Shown here: piece by piece, positions 34,177-44,260 of the stretch
Numbering within the stretch: the first letter of the stretch is position 1
Layout: the number at the start of each line of letters is the position of its first letter
Source of the DNA: a virus
Lineage: Duplodnaviria > Caudoviricetes
IMG/VR virus record: IMGVR_UViG_3300017909_002576
Location: 1 to 56,138 of that record
DNA length: 56,138 bases
Direction: 5' to 3' (one strand)
Notes under the pieces: generated by a model
What the model was told of the DNA's origin: nothing
The model's input: the letters and a program-made list of their open reading frames with translations, nothing else
Database searches by the model: none
Made by a program: the position numbers and the translations under genes

Positions 34177-35803
34177 TGTTCTTGCAGTTATTGTTTTAAC
34201 TGCATGTGGCGGTGGCGGCGGTAGTACTTCGCCTGCACCAATTATAACACCACCTACTACACCACCTGATCCTACACCTACTGACTATAGAATAGAATTT
34301 ACAGAGTTTTCAGATACATTTAATGACATATATGGTGATTCTATAGTTACATATATGATGTCAGAATGGGACACAAATTTATGGCCTAATGAAACTGAAT
34401 CATATGAAATAGGCGACTTTGGTTTCTTAAAAATACAAGTGGATGGTAGACATAATGGTAGTAATGAAGGAGATGAATCTACTTCTCCAGGTCCATTTAC
34501 AAGCGGAGGTTACTGGTACGAAGCAAATTTAAACAATGATGGTTATACAGATATGCTATTTGTTGGACATACTGACGGAGCATTAGATTGGGTGCCAGGT
34601 ATTCGCATGTTAGCATGGATAAATGACGGATATGGTCATTTTACATTAGAGTCTAATGTATTTGAAAATCAGGAGTTCCCTTGTGTATATGGTAATGGAC
34701 CGCAAGTTGATAACACAGATTTTAACAGTTTATGCGGATTTACACAAGGTAATAATTACCCTATAGTAAAAGATTTTAATGGTGATGGTATTACCGATTA
34801 TTTAAATATTGCACAATTACTTATAAGTGATAATGGTGTTATAACAAACAAAAGCCAACAAAATCTTCCTGAGATATTTTTTCAAGATCATATAGGTCCT
34901 GTATTTGTACATCGATTTGTGTCCGGTGATATGGATAATGATGGTGACTTAGATGTATTTTTACCTGTTAACCAAACAACCAAAGAAAATTTTAATATAG
35001 ATGGGTCCTATGCTGGTTGCGACGGTTGTAATCAAGAATTACCATGGATTATGTTAGTAAATGATGGTACTGGTGTTTTTAGTGTGAACACAAAGTTTAA
35101 TAAACCTACGTGGACAGACGGTGTACTTATTTGGCCTACTGCAACTGCAATAGGCGATTTTAACAATGACGGTCATCAAGATATAGTAGTAGGCTGGGAA
35201 TCACCTTCTTATGCAGAAAAATATGGCTGGATAAGTAATAGTTCTGGTAACATTTATCTAAATGATGGCAACAATGATTGGCGTACACAACCTATTAATT
35301 TACCTTCTGCATGGTTTGGCGATAATTCAATTATAGTTGATATGCAAACTATTGATTTTAATCAAGACGGTGCTTTAGATATTGTTATGCAAGTTACAAA
35401 ACATCAACCATATTATCAAGGTAATGTAATTCAGTTTTTACAAAATGATGGTTTTGGTAATTTTGTTGATGTAACTACAGACATCAATACTAATCTTTTA
35501 AAATATCAAGACGGTAGCGGTACATCATACTGGAATGGTGGCGGCGTTTTACATGTATTAGACTATGATGATGACGGGGATAATGATATTGTTTCAACTA
35601 ATGGTAGAAGTTATGTTTTGATAAACAATGCTGGTACTTTTGAAATATTTGATGACTTTCCTTTATATAATTCTGGTGAAGGCGGCAACTTATGGCCGAT
35701 CAAAATTAACAGCGATTACTATTATGATTTTATTGGTCAAGTTAGTGATACAAAATCTGGTAGTAGATCTACTACTGAATACTATCAAGTATTAAGCAAG
35801 TAA
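34157..35803 (+). CDS. Lipoprotein with FG-GAP/VCBS repeats
   Basis: Lipobox LTAC followed by a Gly/Pro linker. Repeats DFNGDGITD, GDMDNDGDLD, GDFNNDGHQD, DFNQDGALD, DYDDDGDND. Confidence 0.8.
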   Translation: MLKNIVSVLAVIVLTACGGGGGSTSPAPIITPPTTPPDPTPTDYRIEFTEFSDTFNDIYGDSIVTYMMSEWDTNLWPNETESYEIGDFGFLKIQVDGRHNGSNEGDESTSPGPFTSGGYWYEANLNNDGYTDMLFVGHTDGALDWVPGIRMLAWINDGYGHFTLESNVFENQEFPCVYGNGPQVDNTDFNSLCGFTQGNNYPIVKDFNGDGITDYLNIAQLLISDNGVITNKSQQNLPEIFFQDHIGPVFVHRFVSGDMDNDGDLDVFLPVNQTTKENFNIDGSYAGCDGCNQELPWIMLVNDGTGVFSVNTKFNKPTWTDGVLIWPTATAIGDFNNDGHQDIVVGWESPSYAEKYGWISNSSGNIYLNDGNNDWRTQPINLPSAWFGDNSIIVDMQTIDFNQDGALDIVMQVTKHQPYYQGNVIQFLQNDGFGNFVDVTTDINTNLLKYQDGSGTSYWNGGGVLHVLDYDDDGDNDIVSTNGRSYVLINNAGTFEIFDDFPLYNSGEGGNLWPIKINSDYYYDFIGQVSDTKSGSRSTTEYYQVLSK

Positions 35804-36661
35804 TTTTTCAAATTTAGGAATGGCAATTTCTGTTGCCCATCTCTTTTGTGCCCACTCACTTAAATGATGACAATGATTATGGTCTGGGTGTTCTATACTA
35901 TCTGGATTCTTTTCTAAATCCCATTGTAAAGCATCTGCAATACCTTTTGTGATTAAATTTTTCTCTGGCACAAAGTCAAAAATAAATTCGTCCATATAAA
36001 TTTTGTCTTGATCCTCTTCCCATGTAAGATTTTGAGTGTCTTGTTTTGTTTGTAGCCATCTAAAAGTATTAGGTGACATTAAGTAAGGTATATTTGCTTT
36101 TTCTAATTGATGTACAGCACCTTGCATCATGTAATATTGGTTTTGTGCTTCTATATTGTCATCATACACATGAATATAGTAATCTCTTAATACCTTAAAT
36201 TTTTTTTCAGTTAGATAATGTGTTGCCCATGGCCAAAACTGTTTGACTGTTTCCCAATCTGCTGTAATGTCTTCTGCAAAAATTAAACCATTTATACTTT
36301 GTCCTATAATTTTAGGCTCGTTAGGATATTCAGGATGATTTAATTCGTTAGTAAAAAAGGAGTCAACATCATAGTCTAATGCACCAAGACCATCGCCGTA
36401 TTTGTAATCTTTGCCTGTATGATTCACAAGCATTCTACATGATGTAGTCCAGTTTAAAATTATGTAGTCTGCCTTGAGGTTTTTAATTGCATGATCTAAT
36501 TGCATTCTGATCCCCCAATTAGGATTTCCTACTACTGCAATATTTTGATAGTCCCAATTAAAGTGTTGCGATACAAAATATCCAAACTCTGTGTCTGGAT
36601 AATTTAAATCTCTACTACTCCAACTACAGCCGCATACTACAAGTTTCTTTTTCAACTGCAT
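35792..36661 (-). CDS. SGNH/GDSL-like acyl hydrolase/transferase
   Basis: VVCGCSWS nucleophile block, NIAVVGNPN, C-terminal His (CHHLS). Confidence 0.55.
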   Translation of the reverse strand: MQLKKKLVVCGCSWSSRDLNYPDTEFGYFVSQHFNWDYQNIAVVGNPNWGIRMQLDHAIKNLKADYIILNWTTSCRMLVNHTGKDYKYGDGLGALDYDVDSFFTNELNHPEYPNEPKIIGQSINGLIFAEDITADWETVKQFWPWATHYLTEKKFKVLRDYYIHVYDDNIEAQNQYYMMQGAVHQLEKANIPYLMSPNTFRWLQTKQDTQNLTWEEDQDKIYMDEFIFDFVPEKNLITKGIADALQWDLEKNPDSIEHPDHNHCHHLSEWAQKRWATEIAIPKFEKLLA

Positions 36662-36809
36662 TCTCCAGTACTATTCTTTTAACAGTTTCGTTACATGTCT
36701 TACATTGTGTGCAAAGTCCAGTTGTATTTATTATGTTTTCTACTGTATTTTCTTTAAGTAATTCTTTTAGTTTACTTTCGCTTATATTTTTACATACGCA
36801 AACTATCAT
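36624..36809 (-). CDS. bfd: Bfd-like [2Fe-2S] ferredoxin
   Basis: MIVCVCKNISE...GLCTQCKTC. Confidence 0.8.
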   Translation of the reverse strand: MIVCVCKNISESKLKELLKENTVENIINTTGLCTQCKTCNETVKRIVLENAVEKETCSMRL

Positions 36810-37354
36810 ACGCCTCTCCTTGCTCTATCTTGCACATATTCAAATGCTACGTCTACTGCATTATCAGTCAAGTCTTTTAAGTAAAAAAACGGTATGTTTA
36901 AATCTTTAAATTGTTCTAAAATAGCATTGTCAATATCTCTACTGCCTTCTTCATTTTGTGCTCTACCGGTTTGCTTAAAAAATTTAGGTCTGTCTAACAT
37001 GAAGTTAATGTTGTCGTATTTGTTGTAACATTCTAAAGCAAGTTGGTCTATAAGTTCACTGTATAATGGTCCATCATACAGTTCTCTATAAATGCTACTG
37101 AGCAAAACAGGCGAGTCTGTAATCACATAATCAACTTTACCAACTAACCTAAGTATCTTTCTGTGCTGATGTGCTAACATGTATAACTGATCTTTCAGCA
37201 TAGGAACATTATCTTCCCATACACATTCTTTGGCAAACTCATTGTTAAGTTCAACACTGAATCCAGCCATATTCATTTTGTAATATAATCCTGCGGCCTT
37301 AGTACTTTTACCAGATCCAGGTCCGCCATAAAAATTAATGACTTTTGTTTTCAT
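36806..37354 (-). CDS. P-loop ATPase/kinase (NadR/AAA_28-like)
   Basis: GGPGSGKST, EFAKE, ITDSP, GRAQNEE. Confidence 0.8.
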   Translation of the reverse strand: MKTKVINFYGGPGSGKSTKAAGLYYKMNMAGFSVELNNEFAKECVWEDNVPMLKDQLYMLAHQHRKILRLVGKVDYVITDSPVLLSSIYRELYDGPLYSELIDQLALECYNKYDNINFMLDRPKFFKQTGRAQNEEGSRDIDNAILEQFKDLNIPFFYLKDLTDNAVDVAFEYVQDRARRGV

Positions 37355-37524
37355 ACTATGTGTTGTTCTCTGCTTTTGTGTGCTGTATGTTTTACACCGC
37401 TTTTGCTTATATAAGGTTGTGTAATACCTTTAGTTCCGCCATCATTGGTAATTACTTGAATCATTAAACTAAACAATCCGATAACGGCAGGCACTATTAC
37501 TGCTATTAAAATTACTCCATCCAT
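37351..37524 (-). CDS. Small single-TM protein (57 aa, not in track)
   Basis: MDGVILIAVIVPAVIGLFSLMIQVITNDGGTKG..., overlapping both neighbours. Confidence 0.55.
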   Translation of the reverse strand: MDGVILIAVIVPAVIGLFSLMIQVITNDGGTKGITQPYISKSGVKHTAHKSREQHIV

Positions 37525-38201
37525 TATTTGTATCCTATTTGCATATATCTTGTGTATGCAGGTGTTATCATTTCTCCAATATAAATTGTTTGTGATAAAG
37601 GATATTTATCCTGCATCTCCTTGACAGTATAGCACGGATTGATATGTCCGTCAAACTCTTCTGAATTATTTGTTTGCATTACGATAAGTTGATCATTATC
37701 TACACTATCAAACCATAATGTACTCATATGTTCGCAACTGGTGTTTATAATCCAATCTGGTTTTACATTTATTAATTCGCCACCTGTTTCAAATTGCATA
37801 TTGTCACAATCAAGCATATCGACATTGTGTACTACACCTTTATACTGCCAGTTGTTTTGCACAAAAGACTGATTTAACTTCTCTGATTTTTCTATTGCTT
37901 CAGCATCTGTATCTATGCCATAAATGCGTTCTATAGGAATAGTTTTGTGTAAAGGCTCTACTAATGCACCAACCCAACTTCCTAAAATTGCTATTGTAGG
38001 TTTTGGTATTTTTGGATATGTATGATTCAATTCTTTTAATAACCAACTTTTACTTGCTAACTGTCCTTTGCTAAATGCATGAGCAGGGTAGTAACTATTA
38101 TGCTGAACTATATGTTCAAAATAACTGGGTGTGGGTTGCCAGAAGCCATCGTCTATATATTTAGATACTTCTTTCCAATTTTTTAAATTGATTGTTTCCA
38201 T
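37524..38201 (-). CDS. Class I SAM-dependent methyltransferase-like protein
   Basis: AFSKGQLASKSWL, IAILGSWVG, YGIDTD, INTSCEH, RYMQIG. Confidence 0.6.
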   Translation of the reverse strand: METINLKNWKEVSKYIDDGFWQPTPSYFEHIVQHNSYYPAHAFSKGQLASKSWLLKELNHTYPKIPKPTIAILGSWVGALVEPLHKTIPIERIYGIDTDAEAIEKSEKLNQSFVQNNWQYKGVVHNVDMLDCDNMQFETGGELINVKPDWIINTSCEHMSTLWFDSVDNDQLIVMQTNNSEEFDGHINPCYTVKEMQDKYPLSQTIYIGEMITPAYTRYMQIGYK

Positions 38202-41200
38202 AATTTCTCTAACCATTTAAAGTCATTGATTTTGTCTAACTCAGACAAGTTGTTTTTATTTTGAGTTGCAAACAGGTTCCCTTCTGATGCTCCTCTAACT
38301 GCTTCTTCTACATAATCACCCCTGGTGGCACTTAACCACTTGTTTAATCTCTCTAAACTTTCAGTATCGTTATTGAGTGTAAGTTTAACACATTCTCTAA
38401 AAGCACTTCTCCATGTACTAAAAGCATCTGTATTAAATTTAGTTATACAACTAACTTGCTCAATGGATTTGAAACGTTTTGAAAGGCCAGTAGTAAAGTC
38501 TAACCCCCAACTTGTTGCGTCTCTTACAAGTTCTGTAGGAAACAGTTTAACTCCCCCATAACCGTATCTATCACCTGTTACAGGATTTTCACTTGACCAG
38601 ACATGCACAACTTCATCATCATATACGTCTGGAATGTAACTAAAATTAAAATCATCTGTAATATCTGCATCGGCATCTACTACCCAAAACATTTTGCTGT
38701 CTACTCTATTTGCGGCTTCTTTGTGAGCATTGAATATTCCTTCGACATCTCTAACCCAAATTAATTTTAAATCTGGATGTGTTTCAATTAATTTTTGCTG
38801 TAATTTTCTAAAGTTAATATCTGCAAAAGGCTCTTTGTAACTTAAGAATACTACGTCAAATAAATTAGTTGTACACCCAGGTTCTTTTACATATTCCAAT
38901 TGCTTAAACCTATTAAGTTTTACATCATCTGATTTTAATGTACTGTAATCTATAAAAGTAGGCCATAATCTAAGGCCGCCGTATGCGTGAACTTTGTCTG
39001 TGATATTGTTGACTTTTTGCCAAGAATGTATTTTATTTACATTTGTAATTTTTGGCAAGTAGCCAGAATCTATTACCTTCTGATCTACTTTAACATCTGG
39101 GTCTATAGTCCAAATAAAGGGTGTTTTGGCTTCCTCTATTGCGTTTACGACCTCTTTCTTTTCTAAACTTTGCAAGTAGATAACTGGCCATTTAGGCTTA
39201 AGGCTTGCAATAGTATTTATTAATTTTAAGTTTGCAAAAGAGTTATTAGCAATATCTTTGTCTGTATATTCGTTATCTAAAAAAGTATTTTTTGGTATTA
39301 GTCTTACGTTTCTATGTGTATTGTCTTCATTTAAAAATACATGCACGTTCTTTTTATCCCATTGCGTAGGGTAGTAATCAAATTTAAAATCCTCGTTTAT
39401 TTGTGTAAATGCATCTACTATCCAGTACATATCGGCGTTAGATTGGGTGCTTAGACGCACATAGACGCTCTGTAAGCCGTCTTTATAGTCTTCTGGGTGT
39501 AAGTGATATACTGGATATTCAATTTGAACACACGCAGGCTCTCTAATGTATTTAGGCCTTTTATGTTTAGTTGAAGGCACTTTAGGACACAACATTATGC
39601 CACCGTAATCATACTGCCTGCCTGTAATTGGATTTAATTTTTGCCATACATGTGTTTTACCACTATCCCATATACTTGGAATATAACTAAAGTCAAAATC
39701 TTCTAACGGCGTAACATCATTTTCTATAACCCAAAACCAGTCTTTTGATGTAAGTTCTCTGCCTTCTTCTTCAGTTTGATAACGTTCAAAAACAGGTTTT
39801 GTAAACGGAGATTCGCTGTGTATTTTTGTTTCTGCATTTTCCCAGTCATATGGCACCCAACGTATGCCTCCTATCTCTTCTGGATACTTATGTTCTAATT
39901 GACCTTGAACATGAAATGTATGTATATAGTCCTTTTCAAAATTGCTTGGTACCCATTCAAAGTTTTCATCTATAATATATTCCTTGTCTATTAACCAACA
40001 TTCGCCAATTGCTTGAGAATAATCATTTGGATCATCTACTACTAAAGCAGGATATTTTTTTGCTTTTACAGGAACGTCATCGTGTACAACATACTCGCCA
40101 TTCCAATTTTTAGGCACCCAACGTACACCTCCCATTTGTTCAGGGTATTTGTGTTTTAGTTGATTAGGTACATGAAATGTGTGTTGGCACAGCATTTCAA
40201 AGCCAGGAGGACACCAATCAATATCACTGTCAATTTGATATTCTTTGTCTATCAGCCAACAGTCCTCAGTTACAATAGATAAATCCTCAACATCATCAAC
40301 ATACAAAATAGGAAATTCTCTGGGTTTTACATGTAAATTTCCTTTATATTTTTTGCTTGTATTACTGTTGATAGATGTTGGTACAAGATAAACACCACCT
40401 TCTTTCTCAGGATATTTATGTATAAGTTGATCTGTAATTTTAAAATTAAGCAAATATTTTTGCTCATCGCGAGTAGGAACATACTTTAATACTTGACTAA
40501 TATTATGTTCGCTATCTATCGACCAAAACATTTTAGTTCTACTCTTTTTTACTGTGTTATAAAAATCTTGCGGATTATCTGTGAAGAAAAGATCGTACCT
40601 CACTGGTACAACATCGTCTTGATATTTGTGTTTTGTATAGTCAAACTCTTTGTGTACAAGTCTTACACCTCCACATCTGAAGTCCCACGGGTCTGTAAAA
40701 TCGTGTGGGTATCTAAAGTCTAAATGCCCTGGTATTTTAAATACGTGAATGTACTCTTGCTCATGTTCTGCAGGAACATAAAGTAATTTTCCATTAAATT
40801 CAAAATCACGATCTACTACCCAAAACCAATCTGTTTTACTTCTGTCTGCATAATCGTTCAATGCTTCTGCTGTAAATTCATTTTCGTCTACATAGAATAC
40901 ATCATAATTTTCGTCCTCTATAGGACATGCAGGGTGTATTTTTATTTCTGCTTCTTTCCAATCTTTAGGAACAAGTCTTACTCCTCCCATCGCCATAGGA
41001 TACTTTTCAGTTAGTTGGTAAGGCATTCTAAAACTGTGAATCATATTTTTTTCAAATGGGTTTGGCACCCAGTCTACAGTTTTAACATTTATTTTATGAT
41101 CTTTATCTATGAGCCATACATAGTCGTCTTCTAATATATCTCTTTGTACATAATCGTTTACATCTTTTACATACAATATAGGATATATTACGTTAGCATC

Positions 41201-41755
41201 TAAATATGTGTGATACTTTATATCTGCATTTTTCCAGTCACGTGGAAACAATTTTATGCCTCCCTCTTCTGCAGGATACTTATGCTCAAGTTGTCCACGT
41301 AAATGGAAACTATGTATAAAGTTTGGTTCGAAATTCCCTGGTGCCCAATCTATATCATCTGCTAATTCGTAATCATTATCAACACACCAAACATGTGTTG
41401 CAAGGCTGTTTTGCTTAAAATAATCTTCTGGTGTGTCAGTATTTAGAATATCAAATACTTTTTTACATACTACTTTGTTGTGATATACTGTTTCTAATTT
41501 ATCAGTTGCTACTTTAGGTAAAAGACTGATTCCTCCGTAATTAGAACTATTCCATTTCCAACAATGTATAAATTTATCTTGCCATGTGTCTGGTCTAAAA
41601 TCAAAAATATCAAAATTTGTAATTTCAATATTAGGTTCTATTAACCAATATAATTTTGTGTTGGCTTTCACTTTAGATGCATCTGTAACTTTTTTAGCAA
41701 ACGGCAGTTTTTCTTGCAGTTGCAAATTTTCGCCTATGTAAAATACATCAAACAT
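38183..41755 (-). CDS. Multi-module glycosyltransferase-like (GT-A-like) repeat protein
   Basis: About 11 copies of (Y/F)(D/P)V...W(V/L)(V/I)D....P......H.F...GG(V/I)xLxP. The last copy has FDVVFLSY, FWVVDAD (DxD), YGYGGVKLFP and WRSAFRECVKL. Confidence 0.65.
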   Translation of the reverse strand: MFDVFYIGENLQLQEKLPFAKKVTDASKVKANTKLYWLIEPNIEITNFDIFDFRPDTWQDKFIHCWKWNSSNYGGISLLPKVATDKLETVYHNKVVCKKVFDILNTDTPEDYFKQNSLATHVWCVDNDYELADDIDWAPGNFEPNFIHSFHLRGQLEHKYPAEEGGIKLFPRDWKNADIKYHTYLDANVIYPILYVKDVNDYVQRDILEDDYVWLIDKDHKINVKTVDWVPNPFEKNMIHSFRMPYQLTEKYPMAMGGVRLVPKDWKEAEIKIHPACPIEDENYDVFYVDENEFTAEALNDYADRSKTDWFWVVDRDFEFNGKLLYVPAEHEQEYIHVFKIPGHLDFRYPHDFTDPWDFRCGGVRLVHKEFDYTKHKYQDDVVPVRYDLFFTDNPQDFYNTVKKSRTKMFWSIDSEHNISQVLKYVPTRDEQKYLLNFKITDQLIHKYPEKEGGVYLVPTSINSNTSKKYKGNLHVKPREFPILYVDDVEDLSIVTEDCWLIDKEYQIDSDIDWCPPGFEMLCQHTFHVPNQLKHKYPEQMGGVRWVPKNWNGEYVVHDDVPVKAKKYPALVVDDPNDYSQAIGECWLIDKEYIIDENFEWVPSNFEKDYIHTFHVQGQLEHKYPEEIGGIRWVPYDWENAETKIHSESPFTKPVFERYQTEEEGRELTSKDWFWVIENDVTPLEDFDFSYIPSIWDSGKTHVWQKLNPITGRQYDYGGIMLCPKVPSTKHKRPKYIREPACVQIEYPVYHLHPEDYKDGLQSVYVRLSTQSNADMYWIVDAFTQINEDFKFDYYPTQWDKKNVHVFLNEDNTHRNVRLIPKNTFLDNEYTDKDIANNSFANLKLINTIASLKPKWPVIYLQSLEKKEVVNAIEEAKTPFIWTIDPDVKVDQKVIDSGYLPKITNVNKIHSWQKVNNITDKVHAYGGLRLWPTFIDYSTLKSDDVKLNRFKQLEYVKEPGCTTNLFDVVFLSYKEPFADINFRKLQQKLIETHPDLKLIWVRDVEGIFNAHKEAANRVDSKMFWVVDADADITDDFNFSYIPDVYDDEVVHVWSSENPVTGDRYGYGGVKLFPTELVRDATSWGLDFTTGLSKRFKSIEQVSCITKFNTDAFSTWRSAFRECVKLTLNNDTESLERLNKWLSATRGDYVEEAVRGASEGNLFATQNKNNLSELDKINDFKWLEKLWKQSI

Positions 41756-41954
41756 TTCTATCTCTAAACTTACCTAAAATATCTACTACTATATCATTTA
41801 TATGTTTTACACTATTATCGATTGTTTCTAATCGTTTGAGTTGCTCTTCACTTTCTACTGGACATACGCCTATATGTTTAGGCAGATCGCCGCCGCAAAC
41901 GTAACATCTACCTTCTAATTTTCGTTGTATTTTGTTCCAGTTAGTCTTGGACAT
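41748..41954 (-). CDS. Hypothetical protein with a CxxC...HxxxC motif
   Basis: RCYVCGGDLPKHIGVCP. Confidence 0.55.
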   Translation of the reverse strand: MSKTNWNKIQRKLEGRCYVCGGDLPKHIGVCPVESEEQLKRLETIDNSVKHINDIVVDILGKFRDRNV

Positions 41955-43455
41955 GTACCTTTACTCCGTAATGTTGAGCAAAGGCTTCTGCATCTTTTTC
42001 GTCATTTACAATTGGTTGTCCTTTTATGTTTAAACTTGTATTAAGTAACATAGGACAGCCTGATTGCTTGTAAAATTTTGTTAAAAGATTATGTAAGTCA
42101 GGGTGTTCTTCTTTACGAACTGTTTGAACACGGCTGGTGCCGTCTTCGTGTATTATCGCAGGAAACTCTTCTGGCTTTTTACACTTTGCTACAAATTGCA
42201 TATATGGTGCATGACTAATACCTCCCGGCATTTCAAAATAGTCATGTACATGCTCCTCCAGTATCATTGGTGCAAACGGTCTAAACTTTTGACGTTTTTT
42301 AATAACGTTCATTTTGTCTTTGACCTTAGGACCTCTTGGGTCAGCACATAGACTTCTGTTGCCTAATGCACGTGGCCCAAATTCTGCACGGCCGTTTGCT
42401 ATACCAAACAGTTCCCCCGCTTTTAAACTCTTTAATGCTTTTTTAATTGGATATTTTCCTTCTATGTTATATCCAAGATATGGCGTCTCCCAGTTTACTC
42501 TGTTGCCTGTTTTACTGTGATAGTGTAGTGCCGCGGCACCTAAACTACTTCCAGCATCTCCTGGATTAGGCATTATAAAGATATTTTTAAATATATCAAA
42601 TAGTTTACTGTTTGCTACACAATTAAGTGCTACTCCTCCCATGTAAACTAAATTATTACTGCCAGTAAGTTGTTTAGCAAACTGACCGTATGAAAAAATT
42701 CTTTCTTCAACTTGATTCTGAGCCGCCGCCGCTAAATCAAAATCGTCTACGCCTTGATACAGGCTTTTAGGCAATCCTCTTTGCAAATTTATTTTACTTT
42801 TTATTGCATTTTTTTGGCTTATCCAAGGATACTTATGAAAGAATAAGTCACTGCCCATTTGATTTGATAAGTCTGCCCAATTTTCTTTTTTACCATATGC
42901 GGCCATGCCCATTAAGATATATTCATCTTCCATAGGTTTCAAACCGGCTCTATGAGTAACAGCACTATAAAATAAACCTAAACTGTCAGGAAAGCCGATC
43001 CTGTGCATTTGTGTAAGTTTATTATTTTTCCATTTCCATATAGTAGCAGTATCAAACTCTCCAATTGCATCTATAACCATTACAGCACATTCCTCAAACT
43101 CACTGCTTAAAGCACCTGCGGCCGCATGAGTTTCATGATGCCAATAATCTTTTATAGGTATATCTTTTATTTGAGGATAAAACTTTTTAATCCATTGTCT
43201 TTGTGTTGGCTCGTGTAATGCTGACCAATTGCCGTAAATAATATTTCTTAATTTTTTTGCCCATGCTTTTTCGTGTATCACAATGACGTCAGGCATTCCG
43301 CCTTCTATTGCGGCGTTAATAAGATCCTGATTGATCCATGGATCGTTTTTGACTTTACTGTATCTTTCTGCATGGCTGGCAAATTCTATGTCACCGTTGT
43401 TTAGCATACAGGCACCAGCATCGTGGAAGCCAAAACTTAAACCGAGTGTTCTCAT
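41941..43455 (-). CDS. Carbamoyltransferase (NodU/CmcH/TobZ family)
   Basis: HDAGAC, ERYS..KND, HHETHAA, EYILMGMAAYG, GGVALNC, EFGPRALGNRS, RPFAP, LNTSLN. Confidence 0.95.
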   Translation of the reverse strand: MRTLGLSFGFHDAGACMLNNGDIEFASHAERYSKVKNDPWINQDLINAAIEGGMPDVIVIHEKAWAKKLRNIIYGNWSALHEPTQRQWIKKFYPQIKDIPIKDYWHHETHAAAGALSSEFEECAVMVIDAIGEFDTATIWKWKNNKLTQMHRIGFPDSLGLFYSAVTHRAGLKPMEDEYILMGMAAYGKKENWADLSNQMGSDLFFHKYPWISQKNAIKSKINLQRGLPKSLYQGVDDFDLAAAAQNQVEERIFSYGQFAKQLTGSNNLVYMGGVALNCVANSKLFDIFKNIFIMPNPGDAGSSLGAAALHYHSKTGNRVNWETPYLGYNIEGKYPIKKALKSLKAGELFGIANGRAEFGPRALGNRSLCADPRGPKVKDKMNVIKKRQKFRPFAPMILEEHVHDYFEMPGGISHAPYMQFVAKCKKPEEFPAIIHEDGTSRVQTVRKEEHPDLHNLLTKFYKQSGCPMLLNTSLNIKGQPIVNDEKDAEAFAQHYGVKVHVQD

Positions 43456-43649
43456 CTATATATAAACGGATCTCTTTTCCTCATTTGCTCCAATTTTTTC
43501 TTGAGCAACTCTTCCTCTTTTTCTGTTAACGAAATATCTGGGTTTTCTTCTTTTGAGAGATCCTCTCCGTATCTACCTCTGTCTCTATTTCCGTCGCTGT
43601 TGAGTTCGGTTAGATCTTGTTGTGTTTCCTTGAAATTTTTATTAGGCAT
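43452..43649 (-). CDS. Hypothetical protein
   Basis: 65 aa ending RKRDPFIYR; tight overlaps. Confidence 0.6.
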   Translation of the reverse strand: MPNKNFKETQQDLTELNSDGNRDRGRYGEDLSKEENPDISLTEKEEELLKKKLEQMRKRDPFIYR

Positions 43650-44260
43650 TACAATTCCTTTAGTATTGCTTTAGCAATTTTTTCGTGTATAAAAGGATCA
43701 GTTGCATGTTTAGTATCACTAAATTTATCTGGATACTGTTCCATTAATTGTTCGATAAAACTGCTATATGGCTGTATATATTTACTCTTATCTATATTTT
43801 GCCACATAGGTATCTGGCAATTTTCGGGTATATTATTAAACATATTTAAGTATATATAAGGTATTTTTTTACTCTGTAAGAAAGTTTGCAATCCCAACTG
43901 ATATGTTATTGTATTTTGTAATCCAATATTCCAATCTGCCATATGTAAGTCAGCATACCTATAAAATTTTTGTAATTCGTCGTTATAACTGGTCTTATAT
44001 AATGTATAATCTTGCTCCTCGCCGTCGAAACTAAACTCAAATCTTTCGTGAGTAGTCCATCCTATTATGACAAGATCTACTTTATTATTTTCGTTGCAAA
44101 GGTACTCCATTGAAGACCTGTAAATTTTATGATTTCCGCCTCCTGGTGTTGCTTGGTTAACAACACTATACCCAAGTTTTTCAGCAACTATCTCACCATA
44201 ATTTGTGCTACATTCACTGCCAGCAGTATGACTGCAACCATTTACATATAAAGTTTTCAA
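43649..44260 (-). CDS. SGNH/GDSL-like acyl hydrolase/transferase
   Basis: YVNGCSHTAG, NQATPGGGN, DTKH (DxxH). Confidence 0.65.
   Translation of the reverse strand: MKTLYVNGCSHTAGSECSTNYGEIVAEKLGYSVVNQATPGGGNHKIYRSSMEYLCNENNKVDLVIIGWTTHERFEFSFDGEEQDYTLYKTSYNDELQKFYRYADLHMADWNIGLQNTITYQLGLQTFLQSKKIPYIYLNMFNNIPENCQIPMWQNIDKSKYIQPYSSFIEQLMEQYPDKFSDTKHATDPFIHEKIAKAILKEL

Noticed and set aside
41748-43649. Small ORFs (68 aa and 65 aa) as RiPP precursor peptides for the radical SAM enzymes
   Set aside because: No leader/core structure or repeated core, no RRE/PqqD domain, peptidase or exporter in view, and the neighbours are sugar-tailoring enzymes.
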